Shown here one piece after another: positions 7,765 through 17,386 of a stretch of 64,000 bases of DNA. The position numbers and the translations under genes were made by a program. The DNA is from Pusillimonas sp. (lineage in GTDB: Bacteria > Pseudomonadota > Gammaproteobacteria > Burkholderiales > Burkholderiaceae_B). How positions within the stretch are numbered: position 1 is the first letter of the stretch; each line of letters begins with the position of its first letter. The DNA lies in contig JBLWTG010000004.1 in the NCBI GenBank assembly GCA_048270225.1, positions 86,452-150,451 on the forward strand, in the 5' to 3' direction. The notes under the pieces are model-generated. The model had not been told where the DNA came from, made no database searches, and saw only the letters and a list, made by a program, of their open reading frames with translations.

Positions 7765-10449
7765 ATGGGCGATATGATTAAACAAGCGATGACGACGCGT
7801 TGCAATGACAGGTTGAATGCAGATATGCCATATTCACGATACAGGCCAGGGTCAAAGAAATCAAGAAAATCAAAGGCGCTACAGACGTCAAAGAAGTCAA
7901 AGAAGTCAAAAACAATATGCGCCGGTACTGCAGGCCTGATAGGGTTGCTGATGATCTGTACGAATGCCAGCGCGGACGTGTCCGCCGCAAGTTCGCCAGT
8001 CACGAACGCGCGAGGCGGGCCCACACTTTTCTTGAACACAGCGGACGCATCTTCTGCTTCCGGACCCCGGTTCGCGTTGTGCAATGATTACTGCGCCTTG
8101 GTTGACCGCAATGGAGCCCTGGTGGCGCCGCGTGTGTTCGAGTCGATTACAAGTTTCAACGGCCCGGCGACGGTGTACAAGCACGACGGCAAGCTCGGTG
8201 CGGTCGATAAGCGGGGTCGCACAATCATCAAGCCCGTGCATACCTCGTTGTATCGGTTGGACGACAGTCCGTTCTTTGCGTCCAATGACGATTCCGGCGA
8301 GGATGTCGGCATGCCAGCCATGAGCACGCTTTACGGTATGGACGGGCAGGTGATCATCCAGAAGCCAAGGAAGGACAGTATGGTCGGCGCCTGGCTGAAC
8401 CATCCATACTACACCGCGTGCGCGGCGCCTCTCTCTTCCGATTCCCATTGCGCTATGGTCTTTGTCGATGATCAGGGGCGCGACGAAATCAGGTTCTCCG
8501 ATTTTCTTGAAAACGGCAAGGACCCGCTGGTTGCGGCAAGCACGGATGGCGTCCATTATGGCTATGTGGATACCTCGCTGAGGTTTGTCGTGCCGCCGAC
8601 GTTTACCGGGGCTCGCCCATACAGTGATGGTTACGCCGTTGTTTCTACAGACCAGGGCTCCGGCCTGCTCGATGCGCAGGGTGATGCGGTGATTGAGCCG
8701 GGGCGCTACAACGATATTTTTCCGGATGACAGCGCGCTCTTCATCACGGCCTATGCGAAGAATGATCGCCGCTGCGGCACGTATGTGCGCGCCGACGGTT
8801 CAGTAGTGGCATTGCCGGAGGGCATATGTCCTTCAGTGCTGACCGATGGCACCCGCAAGTTCGGCTACGCGCTGATCAACGGTCCTCATGGCCTGGGCAC
8901 CGTCGACCAGGATGGTGTTGTCCTGATCGCGCCGCAGTATCCCTTGCTGAAAGGCATAGACCGCAACTACCTGATCTATGCCGACAAACCTGGCGAGGAT
9001 GCATTCAAGGGGATTCTGGACCGGCAGGGGAGAGTGGTGCTGCCTGCGCAATATACCTCGTTGGGGGTAGGGCCGAGGGGCACCTTCGTCGCCGCAACCC
9101 ACGCAGGTACAGGGCTGATCGGCCTTGACGGGAAATGGCGAGTATCGCCCAGGTTTGGCGGTGGCGAAAGGGTGTCGCCAGACCTCGTCGCCTTTTCCAT
9201 GCATGGCGCATACGGCAATAGCGTTGGCTATGCCTTCTATACCTCCGATGGCACGGCATTGCCTTATACCAGCCTGTATGTGCCGAACTATCTGTTCGCG
9301 GACGGAAAGCGATCCGTACTGAAGATTTTCGGCCCCCAGCATGAAATAGGGCTGGTTGCTCTCGATGGCAGGGTCATCGCGCCGCTGCTGCCAGACGTGC
9401 GCGATGTCGCCTACGTGGGAGAAGGGCTGTGGAAGGTGAGCATTCAGAATAAGCATGGTGCGGAAAATGATCTGGTCTACGATAGCGCAGGCCGGTTGCT
9501 GACGGCGCTGCAGCCTTACTCGGACATCTCCCGCTTTATGAAGGGTGCTGCGACGGCGCGCAAAAATGGCGATGCGGTACTTATCGACAAGGCGGGCAGG
9601 CAATTGGCCAGCTACGGCGCTTTGTTTCCGCAGTATGCGCACCGCGATGGCGACTCCATTGTCGAACGCAACCTGGATCGTTGCTACGTGGTAGATCCCA
9701 GCGCTGAGCCTGATGAGCTCGCTGCCCAATCGGGTAGCGACCGGCTTATCTGCGCTGACCCGACTTTGGCCAGGCTGTCGCGGCAGACCGAAAAGGAGTA
9801 TTTTGCCGCGCAAGCGCAATCATGCCTGCCTTCGGATTACTGGCCCTTGCGCCAGCCCTACGACAAAGCCATTGCACATTGCGGGGACGAGTCCTGCCTG
9901 AAGCAGGCCATGCTGGACTTTGAGCAGGCCATTGCCAGAACGAGCAGCGAGTGCGTTTCCGGCGTCGCGCCCCTAGGCACGTCATCGCGGCCCATTTCCG
10001 CCTCGTTGCAAAGGACTTTGTTCAAACAGGCCGAGCGTAGCGGCGAGCTTGAGATGGTATCGTCAGACGGTTCTGCGCTGGCACCCGGCGCCATGGATTA
10101 CACACGGCTGAAAATGGGTGGGCGCGAAGCCATCTTGCTGGCCGCGCCCGGCACGGCGCCCAATGGTCCGTTCTGGCTGTTCTCGCCCGACAGCGCCGGG
10201 CGATGGCAGACGATCCTCCAGGATTACGCGGGCTATCTGCGACCACTGGAGGGTACGGATAAATCGCGGCACGGCATGCCGGTTCTGCGCACGCAGCAGC
10301 ACGCCAGCTGCTGCGAGCATACCGTCAATTATTACGCGTTTGACGGCCAGCACTATCAAACCCTGATGTCCTGCACCCAGCGCTACGATCAGGACGATCC
10401 GGTCTTGTTTTGCGACGGCGATCCTGATCCGGAAAAGAGCGCGCACTGA
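7765..10449 (+). CDS. Exported WG-repeat protein with LprI/DUF1311-like helical domain and C-terminal domain
   Basis: Repeats such as YGYVDTSLRFVVPPTF, KGILDRQGRVVLPAQY and GLIGLDGKWRVSPRF; LprI-like ICADPTLARL...HCGDESCLKQ; hydrophobic signal-like segment. Start codon uncertain. Confidence 0.7.
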   Translation: MGDMIKQAMTTRCNDRLNADMPYSRYRPGSKKSRKSKALQTSKKSKKSKTICAGTAGLIGLLMICTNASADVSAASSPVTNARGGPTLFLNTADASSASGPRFALCNDYCALVDRNGALVAPRVFESITSFNGPATVYKHDGKLGAVDKRGRTIIKPVHTSLYRLDDSPFFASNDDSGEDVGMPAMSTLYGMDGQVIIQKPRKDSMVGAWLNHPYYTACAAPLSSDSHCAMVFVDDQGRDEIRFSDFLENGKDPLVAASTDGVHYGYVDTSLRFVVPPTFTGARPYSDGYAVVSTDQGSGLLDAQGDAVIEPGRYNDIFPDDSALFITAYAKNDRRCGTYVRADGSVVALPEGICPSVLTDGTRKFGYALINGPHGLGTVDQDGVVLIAPQYPLLKGIDRNYLIYADKPGEDAFKGILDRQGRVVLPAQYTSLGVGPRGTFVAATHAGTGLIGLDGKWRVSPRFGGGERVSPDLVAFSMHGAYGNSVGYAFYTSDGTALPYTSLYVPNYLFADGKRSVLKIFGPQHEIGLVALDGRVIAPLLPDVRDVAYVGEGLWKVSIQNKHGAENDLVYDSAGRLLTALQPYSDISRFMKGAATARKNGDAVLIDKAGRQLASYGALFPQYAHRDGDSIVERNLDRCYVVDPSAEPDELAAQSGSDRLICADPTLARLSRQTEKEYFAAQAQSCLPSDYWPLRQPYDKAIAHCGDESCLKQAMLDFEQAIARTSSECVSGVAPLGTSSRPISASLQRTLFKQAERSGELEMVSSDGSALAPGAMDYTRLKMGGREAILLAAPGTAPNGPFWLFSPDSAGRWQTILQDYAGYLRPLEGTDKSRHGMPVLRTQQHASCCEHTVNYYAFDGQHYQTLMSCTQRYDQDDPVLFCDGDPDPEKSAH

Positions 10450-10524
10450 CGCAAACAGTGCGTCATCCGGCGCCACTTGTTCGTGCTACGCATCATCGAT
10501 ACAGCGCCACCGCATCAGGCCGGT

Positions 10525-11223
10525 TTACCCCTTGCTTTTAGTCGTCTGATCGCAGCGTGGTGCAAACTGAAGCGTTTTCATATCGCGGGATAAGCAGGCT
10601 GATTGACTTCCGGCCAGATTTCCGTAAGAGAGGAAGTGCAACGTTAAGCGCTTTCCGGCTACCGAAAAGGCGGCAAGTTTATCGGGATCGAGCCTATCCG
10701 AGTCTTGAGATGCCAGCTCAATGTCTTTGGCACAACTTTCAATCAGGTTGGAGGAAACCAGGCGTGGCGTTGCAGCATCCATCTTTAAAACGTTCAGATA
10801 AACTTCCACTCCCGCCCCACAGAATCCTGAGCCGCTACCGCCGCTTGTCCTGATTGCCGTAATGAACAAACCAAATCCGCGCTCAAGATAAGGTTGGAGT
10901 CCGATGGGCAGAAAACGAATGCGCTTTTCAGCACCCACCAAAACCGGGCTATAGCCCTCGGGGATATTGTTGACGATGAGCTGAGTCGACGGCGCTAAGA
11001 TTTCCAGCACGCCAGCCTCTGGTACATAACGCAATGCGTAGCGATTGTTGTCCTTGTCGTAGAGCGCAGACTCGATCTGCCCTGAGGGCAATGACTGGGG
11101 GTTTGTTGTATCGATACTCACAGGCCTGGATGCAGGCGGATTGGCCGCCAGGCCTGCAGAGGAGAGGGCGAGCAAGCCCAGTGTGATACAACAGATGTTT
11201 AGTAATTTTTGGGTGTTCTTCAT
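10525..11223 (-). CDS. Exported hypothetical protein (Cys-containing, lower GC)
   Basis: Signal peptide MKNTQKLLNICCITLGLLALSSAGLAA; motif GSGFCGAGVEVYL...LIESC. Confidence 0.7.
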   Translation of the reverse strand: MKNTQKLLNICCITLGLLALSSAGLAANPPASRPVSIDTTNPQSLPSGQIESALYDKDNNRYALRYVPEAGVLEILAPSTQLIVNNIPEGYSPVLVGAEKRIRFLPIGLQPYLERGFGLFITAIRTSGGSGSGFCGAGVEVYLNVLKMDAATPRLVSSNLIESCAKDIELASQDSDRLDPDKLAAFSVAGKRLTLHFLSYGNLAGSQSACLSRDMKTLQFAPRCDQTTKSKG

Positions 11224-11267
11224 TGCAATATGACGTTCCGGCACGCGCTCACGCAAGGATGTGTTCA

Positions 11268-13241
11268 ATGTCCCTTAACGCCTTACGCTGCAGCGGGGCC
11301 CTTTTACTGAGCCTGGGCCTGTGCGCCACTGGCTATGCTGTGAAGGCGCAGGCTGGCGCAAAGCCGTATTCCAGAAGCATATCCGAAGCGCAGGATTTCG
11401 CCCATCAGCATCAGTGGGTGCCGGCCATCGACGCCGCGCGGCGCGCATACGGCGCCGCGGACAATGATTACGGCCGGATTGAGGCGGGCTATATGATCGG
11501 TCGCCTGCAACAGCAGCAGGGTGATATTCCTGGCGTGCTCGATACATTCAGGATGCTGCTGCCGCAAGTACGCTGCGCCGACGGTGTTCGCGAGGCGTCC
11601 CGCTTGCTGAGCTTGTCCGCACATTTTTCCTTTCTGGACCGGAATCCGGAGCAAGGTTATCAGTTCATTACACAGGCGATAAAGGAAGTCCAGCGCGATA
11701 CGGATCCGTGGGGACAGGTAGATCCCAGGGACTGGCTGGTTCAGGACGGCGGGCATGTCTTGCGTTATCGTCTGGCGGGAATAGCACTGCCTACGCTTGC
11801 GGACACGCGCATTGTCAGCTTGCTTGATGCAGGGCGCCGGGGGAGCGCGGCCTATCTGGATTATGTCGACGGGCTGGAGCAAGCGCCTCTGAGGACGTTG
11901 CGCGTTCGCATTGGCTTGCGGGGCGATGCGGCAAAGGAAGCGACGCTCAATGAGGCGCTGGACGCATCGGAACAAATCCGCCGCTTGTCAGGGGCAGGAG
12001 ATCAGTCGGGCAGGCAAGAGGAGCCCGGAGTGCCTGTCGTTGCGCAGTTCGCGCCGGTCGGCAGTCAGCATGCGGCCAGGATTACCGGGTATACCGACAA
12101 AGACCAGGGACCGACCCGACTGGGGCTATGGATAGCCCGTCTCGGCAGTTGGCAGGTGGAAATAGATGCCACCTGGACGGCGGGCGAGGACCAGAGGGCG
12201 CAGCACGCCATGGCGGGGTTTTTTGCCGCCATCACATGGCGTGCAGAGGATGCGCTGGCGCCTGAAGACAGTGCCCGTTTTGAGGCACTGCAGGCGCAGG
12301 CCGTACAGGCGATTGACGCCAGAGACTGGACGCAGGCCGCGCAAGCGGCCGAGGCTGCCTTGCCGCTGGCCATGTTTCCCGATGAGCGGGCCAGACTGTA
12401 TTCCGCCCAGGGCATTGCGGCGAGCGAGCGCGGCAAGGCGGCACAGGCGCTGTCATTGCTGCAAAGTGCGCTTTTCGACTGGCGCTACAGCGTGATGGCG
12501 CGCAACGATGAGGATTTATTCGACCAGACGGTGCTACACGCGGCCGACGCTGCCTTTCGCCAGGGCGAAACCAAGCGGGCGATACGCTGGATGAACGAAA
12601 TCGCCGGCATCAGCATTGACGGTAGCTGGCATCTGGACCGCGATACCGGGGTCATGCAGCATCGGACCACCAGCATATCGCTGCCGCCGCGCCTGGGCGT
12701 GTTCCTGCGGGAGTCGTTTACGGATCACACCGCTTATTACGTACGAACGCATCCAGTGCAGCGCCTGGGCGTGACCATTCTTGCGCCGGATCCGACGGCA
12801 GGCCTGGACGACACCATCATTCGGCTGCGTCACTGGATGCAGGACCGCATGGGTCTGGAGGTGTCGGGCGTGACGCATACGGTATTTGCGCCGGCCTCGT
12901 ATGGCAAGGCCCAGGGCGATTTCGTACTGTTTCATGTTATGCGTCCCGGGTCCCGGCCTGGCGTGATGAATATCGGCGCCGACGCCTGGCCTACGGGGCC
13001 CCGCATGATGGGATTCTGGATCTCGCGTATCGCCGGCGCCCAGCTTGTATTGCGTGGCGAATGGGCGCCCGGGGACACGCAGGCTCGCACTGCGTTCAAT
13101 GAGGCGGCCGAGGCGTTTGACTGGCCGGCTTCGGTTGAACACATGAAAACACTGCCGACGTATCCAGCGCCAGCCAGTCGTTCACCGTGTCGAGCTGATC
13201 TTTCTGCAGACACAGCCCAGTTGCCTGAATCAGGGCGGTAG
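11268..13241 (+). CDS. Exported hypothetical protein with TPR-like helices and internal duplication
   Basis: Signal peptide MSLNALRCSGALLLSLGLCATGYAVKAQA; two similar modules, each TPR-like helices followed by a beta-rich domain. Confidence 0.7.
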   Translation: MSLNALRCSGALLLSLGLCATGYAVKAQAGAKPYSRSISEAQDFAHQHQWVPAIDAARRAYGAADNDYGRIEAGYMIGRLQQQQGDIPGVLDTFRMLLPQVRCADGVREASRLLSLSAHFSFLDRNPEQGYQFITQAIKEVQRDTDPWGQVDPRDWLVQDGGHVLRYRLAGIALPTLADTRIVSLLDAGRRGSAAYLDYVDGLEQAPLRTLRVRIGLRGDAAKEATLNEALDASEQIRRLSGAGDQSGRQEEPGVPVVAQFAPVGSQHAARITGYTDKDQGPTRLGLWIARLGSWQVEIDATWTAGEDQRAQHAMAGFFAAITWRAEDALAPEDSARFEALQAQAVQAIDARDWTQAAQAAEAALPLAMFPDERARLYSAQGIAASERGKAAQALSLLQSALFDWRYSVMARNDEDLFDQTVLHAADAAFRQGETKRAIRWMNEIAGISIDGSWHLDRDTGVMQHRTTSISLPPRLGVFLRESFTDHTAYYVRTHPVQRLGVTILAPDPTAGLDDTIIRLRHWMQDRMGLEVSGVTHTVFAPASYGKAQGDFVLFHVMRPGSRPGVMNIGADAWPTGPRMMGFWISRIAGAQLVLRGEWAPGDTQARTAFNEAAEAFDWPASVEHMKTLPTYPAPASRSPCRADLSADTAQLPESGR

Positions 13242-15594
13242 CGGGCAAGTCGGCGAGTTCTTGCTGCGAGAGAAACAAAGGCTTGCCGGTATCGCCTTGA
13301 ACATGCCAGCTTTGATCGAACACGCGCAGGCTTAGTCCGGCATCGTCGAAATATTCGAATAGCGGCATGCAGCCCAGGGGCTGGGTGCGGATGCGCAGGC
13401 TGCCGGCGCCCGGCTCGAGCAACAGCAGTTGCCACAGGCGTTGTCCATTGCTGCCGCGTTCGGGCAGGATGCGGGTCAGCGCGAGATAGCGGCCGTCATG
13501 GGACCAGATCATGGCGGGGCCCAGCCCCGACAAGGCGCAGCCCGTTGCCGTGAGCAGGTAGCCGTCTTGCCGTGGTTCGTCGGGCATGGGCGAGCTGCTG
13601 CCGTAATCCGTCTGGGCGCCAAACAGCCAGGCTGCGTCAGCCAGGCCAGGCGCCGGCAAGACGAAATCGCCGTCGGCATTGGCCGCTTGCGGTTGATCGA
13701 CGATGCGCCAGCTGGGCAGCAGACTCAGGCCATGCGTCGTATGCACGGCATAACGCAACTGGAAACAAAGTCGGCTGTTTTCGCGCGGCGCAAGAAAGGC
13801 GGCGGCCTGCGTCGGGGATGGCGCGGGCTCCTGGAAGCGGCGTAGTGCCGTACCGAATGCCGGCGCGTGAGGGGTTTCTTTTTCGAGTCGCCCCACTATT
13901 TCGATGAGGCTGATCCGTCCGGCCCGGAAGTCTTGCAGACGCATGAACAATAGACTGGGGCCGGCCAGCAGACGGCGCTGGTCGGTGTCGGCAAGTACAA
14001 GCTGACCGGGAGCCTGGGGCGCATCGGCGAAGGAGATCAAGGCCAGGCTGCGGCCATCGTCGCTGACCCGGTGATCCAGCAGCCATTCGCCCGGCAATTC
14101 CCACGTCCCGATGTGGCAGCGGTAGGCGCCCAGGCCGTTTCGGCCGTCGCGCAGCCATTGCAGCCGGGCGCGCAATCCGCAGGCCAGCAATGCGGATGAC
14201 ACGTCTGTTTCTCCGCGTTCGCCCCGGCTGTCGAGCGGCAGGGATAGACGCAAGGATGTGCGCGGGCATTCGCCCAGGATCATCCGCCCGTCCGGCGCAT
14301 GTCCGATCAATACCTGCATGTCGCTGTGGATGCTGTAGAGCTGGTCGCCGTGGCTTTGGCTGGACAGGCCGGGAAAGTCGAGCTTGGCTTCGATCTGCAG
14401 GGCGTGGCCGTCCAGTGCGCATGGGTCGTACCAGGTCAGCGAAGGTTCGTTTTCACCTGGCTGCCACGGGGCAGGCAGCTGTCGCCAGCCTGCGTCGGAC
14501 TGCCATAGCCAGAAGCCGGATTTCCCGGGATCGCCATCCAGGGAGTCTGCCTGGATGGCCAGGGCCTGCCCATCCTCCCGCCACGCGACGGGCGTCTGAC
14601 CGGTGATCAGCAAGGGGGTGTCCTGCCCATTGATGCGTAGCCTGTAGCGCGGGTCGTACAGTGGCGCCAGCGGGTCCTGCAGGGCTTGCAGTGTATCGGG
14701 AATCTGCAGGTGTGCGGTCAGCGCCAGGCTGCCGTCGGGTGCGGGGAATTCGCGCGTCGGGACCGATATTCGCTCCTGCCAGGGACCAGGCGCTATCCAG
14801 AGATCGCGCACAGGTTGCAGGTCGACGACATTGGCCCCGGCCAGGAACTGGCTCAGCCCGGCGGAGAGGGGCGTATCCTGGCCCGACGGGACGCCGGCTT
14901 CCCGTGCTGTCGTGCCGGAAAATTCGTCTATATCCCAGAACGCGGGATCGTCGCTGCCATGATGGAGACGGTGGGCCAGCCGGTCCAGCACCAGCAGTCC
15001 GAAGCGCTGGCGCGATGGCAATGCGGCGGCGAAATAACGGCCATCTCTGGAAAAGCGGGCGCCGGCGCCCACGCCTTGCAGCACAACGCCGTCGGGAAAC
15101 AGAAAGTCGCCGTAGGCCGGGCCGCCCATGGCGATTTCGCCAAGGCTGCCAAGCTGGCGTATGGACTGGCCTTCCGGCGTCATGGCTGGCCACTCGTTGC
15201 GGTCTTGCCCGCCGCCGTTGCGAGACGCGGGAGACAGGCGCAGGCGGCGTTCGTAGCTGGCCTGCATGCTGAATCCTGCCAGGATGACCAGCAGGCATAC
15301 GGCGATGTTCCAGTAGGCGGGAAATACCAGGAGCATGCGGCAGGCCAGCCCGAGAATCACGCCGGTCAGCCACCGGCTTATATGCAGGGCGCTTGTCCGC
15401 CTGCCTGTTTTGGCGGTCGCGCCGATGGCAATCAGCATGATGGCCATCACGCAGACCGTCCAGGTCGTCGGCGCTGCGGTCGCCAGCGCAAGCGGCAGCA
15501 GCAGTTGGACCAGCGTGAGCGTCAGGTTCAGCAGCAGGCGGAAAAACGATTTGTGCGCAGGGCTTGGGCGGCGCGGCAGCATTGGTTGGCTCAT
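13096..15594 (-). CDS. 832-aa membrane-anchored hypothetical protein with beta-propeller-like repeats
   Basis: Four N-terminal TM segments; repeated RFSRDGRYFAA, RVSDDGRSLAL and IWSHDGRYLAL motifs; ATGA overlap with the desaturase stop at 15591-15594. Confidence 0.75.
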   Translation of the reverse strand: MSQPMLPRRPSPAHKSFFRLLLNLTLTLVQLLLPLALATAAPTTWTVCVMAIMLIAIGATAKTGRRTSALHISRWLTGVILGLACRMLLVFPAYWNIAVCLLVILAGFSMQASYERRLRLSPASRNGGGQDRNEWPAMTPEGQSIRQLGSLGEIAMGGPAYGDFLFPDGVVLQGVGAGARFSRDGRYFAAALPSRQRFGLLVLDRLAHRLHHGSDDPAFWDIDEFSGTTAREAGVPSGQDTPLSAGLSQFLAGANVVDLQPVRDLWIAPGPWQERISVPTREFPAPDGSLALTAHLQIPDTLQALQDPLAPLYDPRYRLRINGQDTPLLITGQTPVAWREDGQALAIQADSLDGDPGKSGFWLWQSDAGWRQLPAPWQPGENEPSLTWYDPCALDGHALQIEAKLDFPGLSSQSHGDQLYSIHSDMQVLIGHAPDGRMILGECPRTSLRLSLPLDSRGERGETDVSSALLACGLRARLQWLRDGRNGLGAYRCHIGTWELPGEWLLDHRVSDDGRSLALISFADAPQAPGQLVLADTDQRRLLAGPSLLFMRLQDFRAGRISLIEIVGRLEKETPHAPAFGTALRRFQEPAPSPTQAAAFLAPRENSRLCFQLRYAVHTTHGLSLLPSWRIVDQPQAANADGDFVLPAPGLADAAWLFGAQTDYGSSSPMPDEPRQDGYLLTATGCALSGLGPAMIWSHDGRYLALTRILPERGSNGQRLWQLLLLEPGAGSLRIRTQPLGCMPLFEYFDDAGLSLRVFDQSWHVQGDTGKPLFLSQQELADLPATALIQATGLCLQKDQLDTVNDWLALDTSAVFSCVQPKPASQTPRPPH

Positions 15595-16757
15595 GTTGTC
15601 GGTGAGGAGGCGCCTGCGCGGCGTTGTTGCTGGTGTGCCATGATGGACAGGCAGCATGTCAGGATGCCGTGGACGCCCAGCGCCGTGTAGGCGATCAGCC
15701 CGGTCCAGTAGCGGAATGCATTATTGTCAGGCGTGGCGAGAAACAGGCATAGCAGCGTGGCGGTGACGACAGTCCAGCCCGGTGCGGCCCAGCGCCGGCC
15801 GTCAGCCACGGCCCCCAGGGCCAGCGTGGCCAGCACGATGAGCGCAAAATGCGCCCATGCAGGATCTGCCCGGCTGTCGGCTGCGCCGCTTGCGATGCCG
15901 CCTTGTCCTGCGGAGATGTAATGAATGACCACGGCAAACAACAGCACGCTGCCCAGGCCGATCAGGATATCGCTGGCGCGAAAGGCACTGGTGCGCTGAA
16001 CAGGCTGTTGGGAGAACGCCAGCAGGCGCAGCAAGGGAGCGTTGTTGGCGATCAGCGGGTTGTTGCTTCCCGCAGGCTCTGCCGTGCCATAACGTAGTGG
16101 CACATCGGGCAGGGCGCGCTGGAAGGAGCCGAACAGTTTGTCCCACAGCAGAAAGGTGCCGCCGAAGTTGCGGTTCACATAGGCGGGCGCCAGGCCATGA
16201 TGCACGCGGTGATGCATAGGCGTGACCATCCAGCGCTCCAGCAACCCGGAGTCCCCCACCAGTCCGTTGTGGTTGTAGAACTGGATGGCGTAGTGGATGG
16301 ACGATACGATGATGAAGACATCGAGCGGCACGCCAAGTACCGCCAGTCCGATGATGAATGGCAGGTTGCTCAGCGAGGAATACCAGGAGTTGCGTATGCC
16401 TAGCGACAGGTTGAAGTGCTCGCCCTGATGATGCAGAACATGGATCGCCCACAACAGCGGAATCCGATGATGCAGGCGATGCATCCAGTAAAAGCAGAAG
16501 TCCCAGGCAACGAACGCGAAGACCCATTGCCATGGCGGGCTCCATTGATCCACCCAATGCAGGTTGGCGTGCTCGAGCACCAGTCCGAAGGCCGCGATTT
16601 CCAGTCCCCGGAAATACCACATCACCAGGTGGCCGGAATCCAGGTTCAAGGCAAGCTCGCGCCAGGGAATGGGTTCGGCACGCCTCCGCTTGCGGATCAG
16701 CAGCTCGCCCAGCACGCACAGCAGCATTGCTGCCAGAGGAATGGCAAGCGTGTTCAT
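15591..16757 (-). CDS. Sterol desaturase / fatty acid hydroxylase family protein
   Basis: His boxes YWMHRLHH, HVLHH and HHRVHH; NFGGTFLLWDKLFGSF; ATGA overlap with the PAP2 gene. Confidence 0.9.
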   Translation of the reverse strand: MNTLAIPLAAMLLCVLGELLIRKRRRAEPIPWRELALNLDSGHLVMWYFRGLEIAAFGLVLEHANLHWVDQWSPPWQWVFAFVAWDFCFYWMHRLHHRIPLLWAIHVLHHQGEHFNLSLGIRNSWYSSLSNLPFIIGLAVLGVPLDVFIIVSSIHYAIQFYNHNGLVGDSGLLERWMVTPMHHRVHHGLAPAYVNRNFGGTFLLWDKLFGSFQRALPDVPLRYGTAEPAGSNNPLIANNAPLLRLLAFSQQPVQRTSAFRASDILIGLGSVLLFAVVIHYISAGQGGIASGAADSRADPAWAHFALIVLATLALGAVADGRRWAAPGWTVVTATLLCLFLATPDNNAFRYWTGLIAYTALGVHGILTCCLSIMAHQQQRRAGASSPTT

Positions 16758-17386
16758 AAGTGTTGCGGCCGCTGGGCCGTCATAAGGGCAGGACGACATG
16801 CAAGCAGGCCGGTGGCAAGGCCGGTCAGCAGTCCGGCCGCCAGGTCCAGGGCGACGTGCTGGCGTATCTGGATGACTGAAATGCAGATGGCCAGGCCCCA
16901 GACGCCGACCAGCAGCGAACGCCAGGGGCGCGCGCGCTCGAGCAGGGCCATGACGCTGAGCAGGGTCAGAGCGCCGTGCAGGGAGGGCAGGCAGTTTTGT
17001 CGTGTATCCAGATGGGTCAGCCAGCCAAGCACGGTGGCGCTCACGCCGTCGCCGGCCGGGGGCGGGTTGACCAGTTGCGTGGGCCATGCCAGAAACACCG
17101 CGCAACAGAATAGTGCGCTGATCTGCATCGCGCGGCGTAGCCAGACCAGCCGGGCGAGGTCGGCCGACAGGAAGGCAAACGGAAGCAGGGCAAAAAAAGA
17201 AAGGTATAGCCAGACGCCGGTGGCGGAGAATGGCACATAGCGGTCCAGCGCGCTTTCGTGCAATACGGCGGCAGGCCCATGCAATACCCCTGCCGCCGTG
17301 TATGCCAGGCCGACCGTGCCCCAGCCCAGCAGCATCTGCCAGAGCCGGAATGGATAGTTTGCGCCTGGCGGGCTTGGTCGTCTCAT
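16754..17386 (-). CDS. PAP2-superfamily membrane phosphatase/phosphotransferase (AUR1/IPC-synthase-like)
   Basis: Motifs NCLPSLHG and RQHVALDLAAG; multiple TM helices. Confidence 0.8.
   Translation of the reverse strand: MRRPSPPGANYPFRLWQMLLGWGTVGLAYTAAGVLHGPAAVLHESALDRYVPFSATGVWLYLSFFALLPFAFLSADLARLVWLRRAMQISALFCCAVFLAWPTQLVNPPPAGDGVSATVLGWLTHLDTRQNCLPSLHGALTLLSVMALLERARPWRSLLVGVWGLAICISVIQIRQHVALDLAAGLLTGLATGLLACRPALMTAQRPQHL

Noticed and set aside
7852-7912. Short TCAAAGAAG repeats (SKK)n at the start of the WG-LprI gene
   Set aside because: Three short imperfect units in the n-region or leader; simple slippage with no further support.
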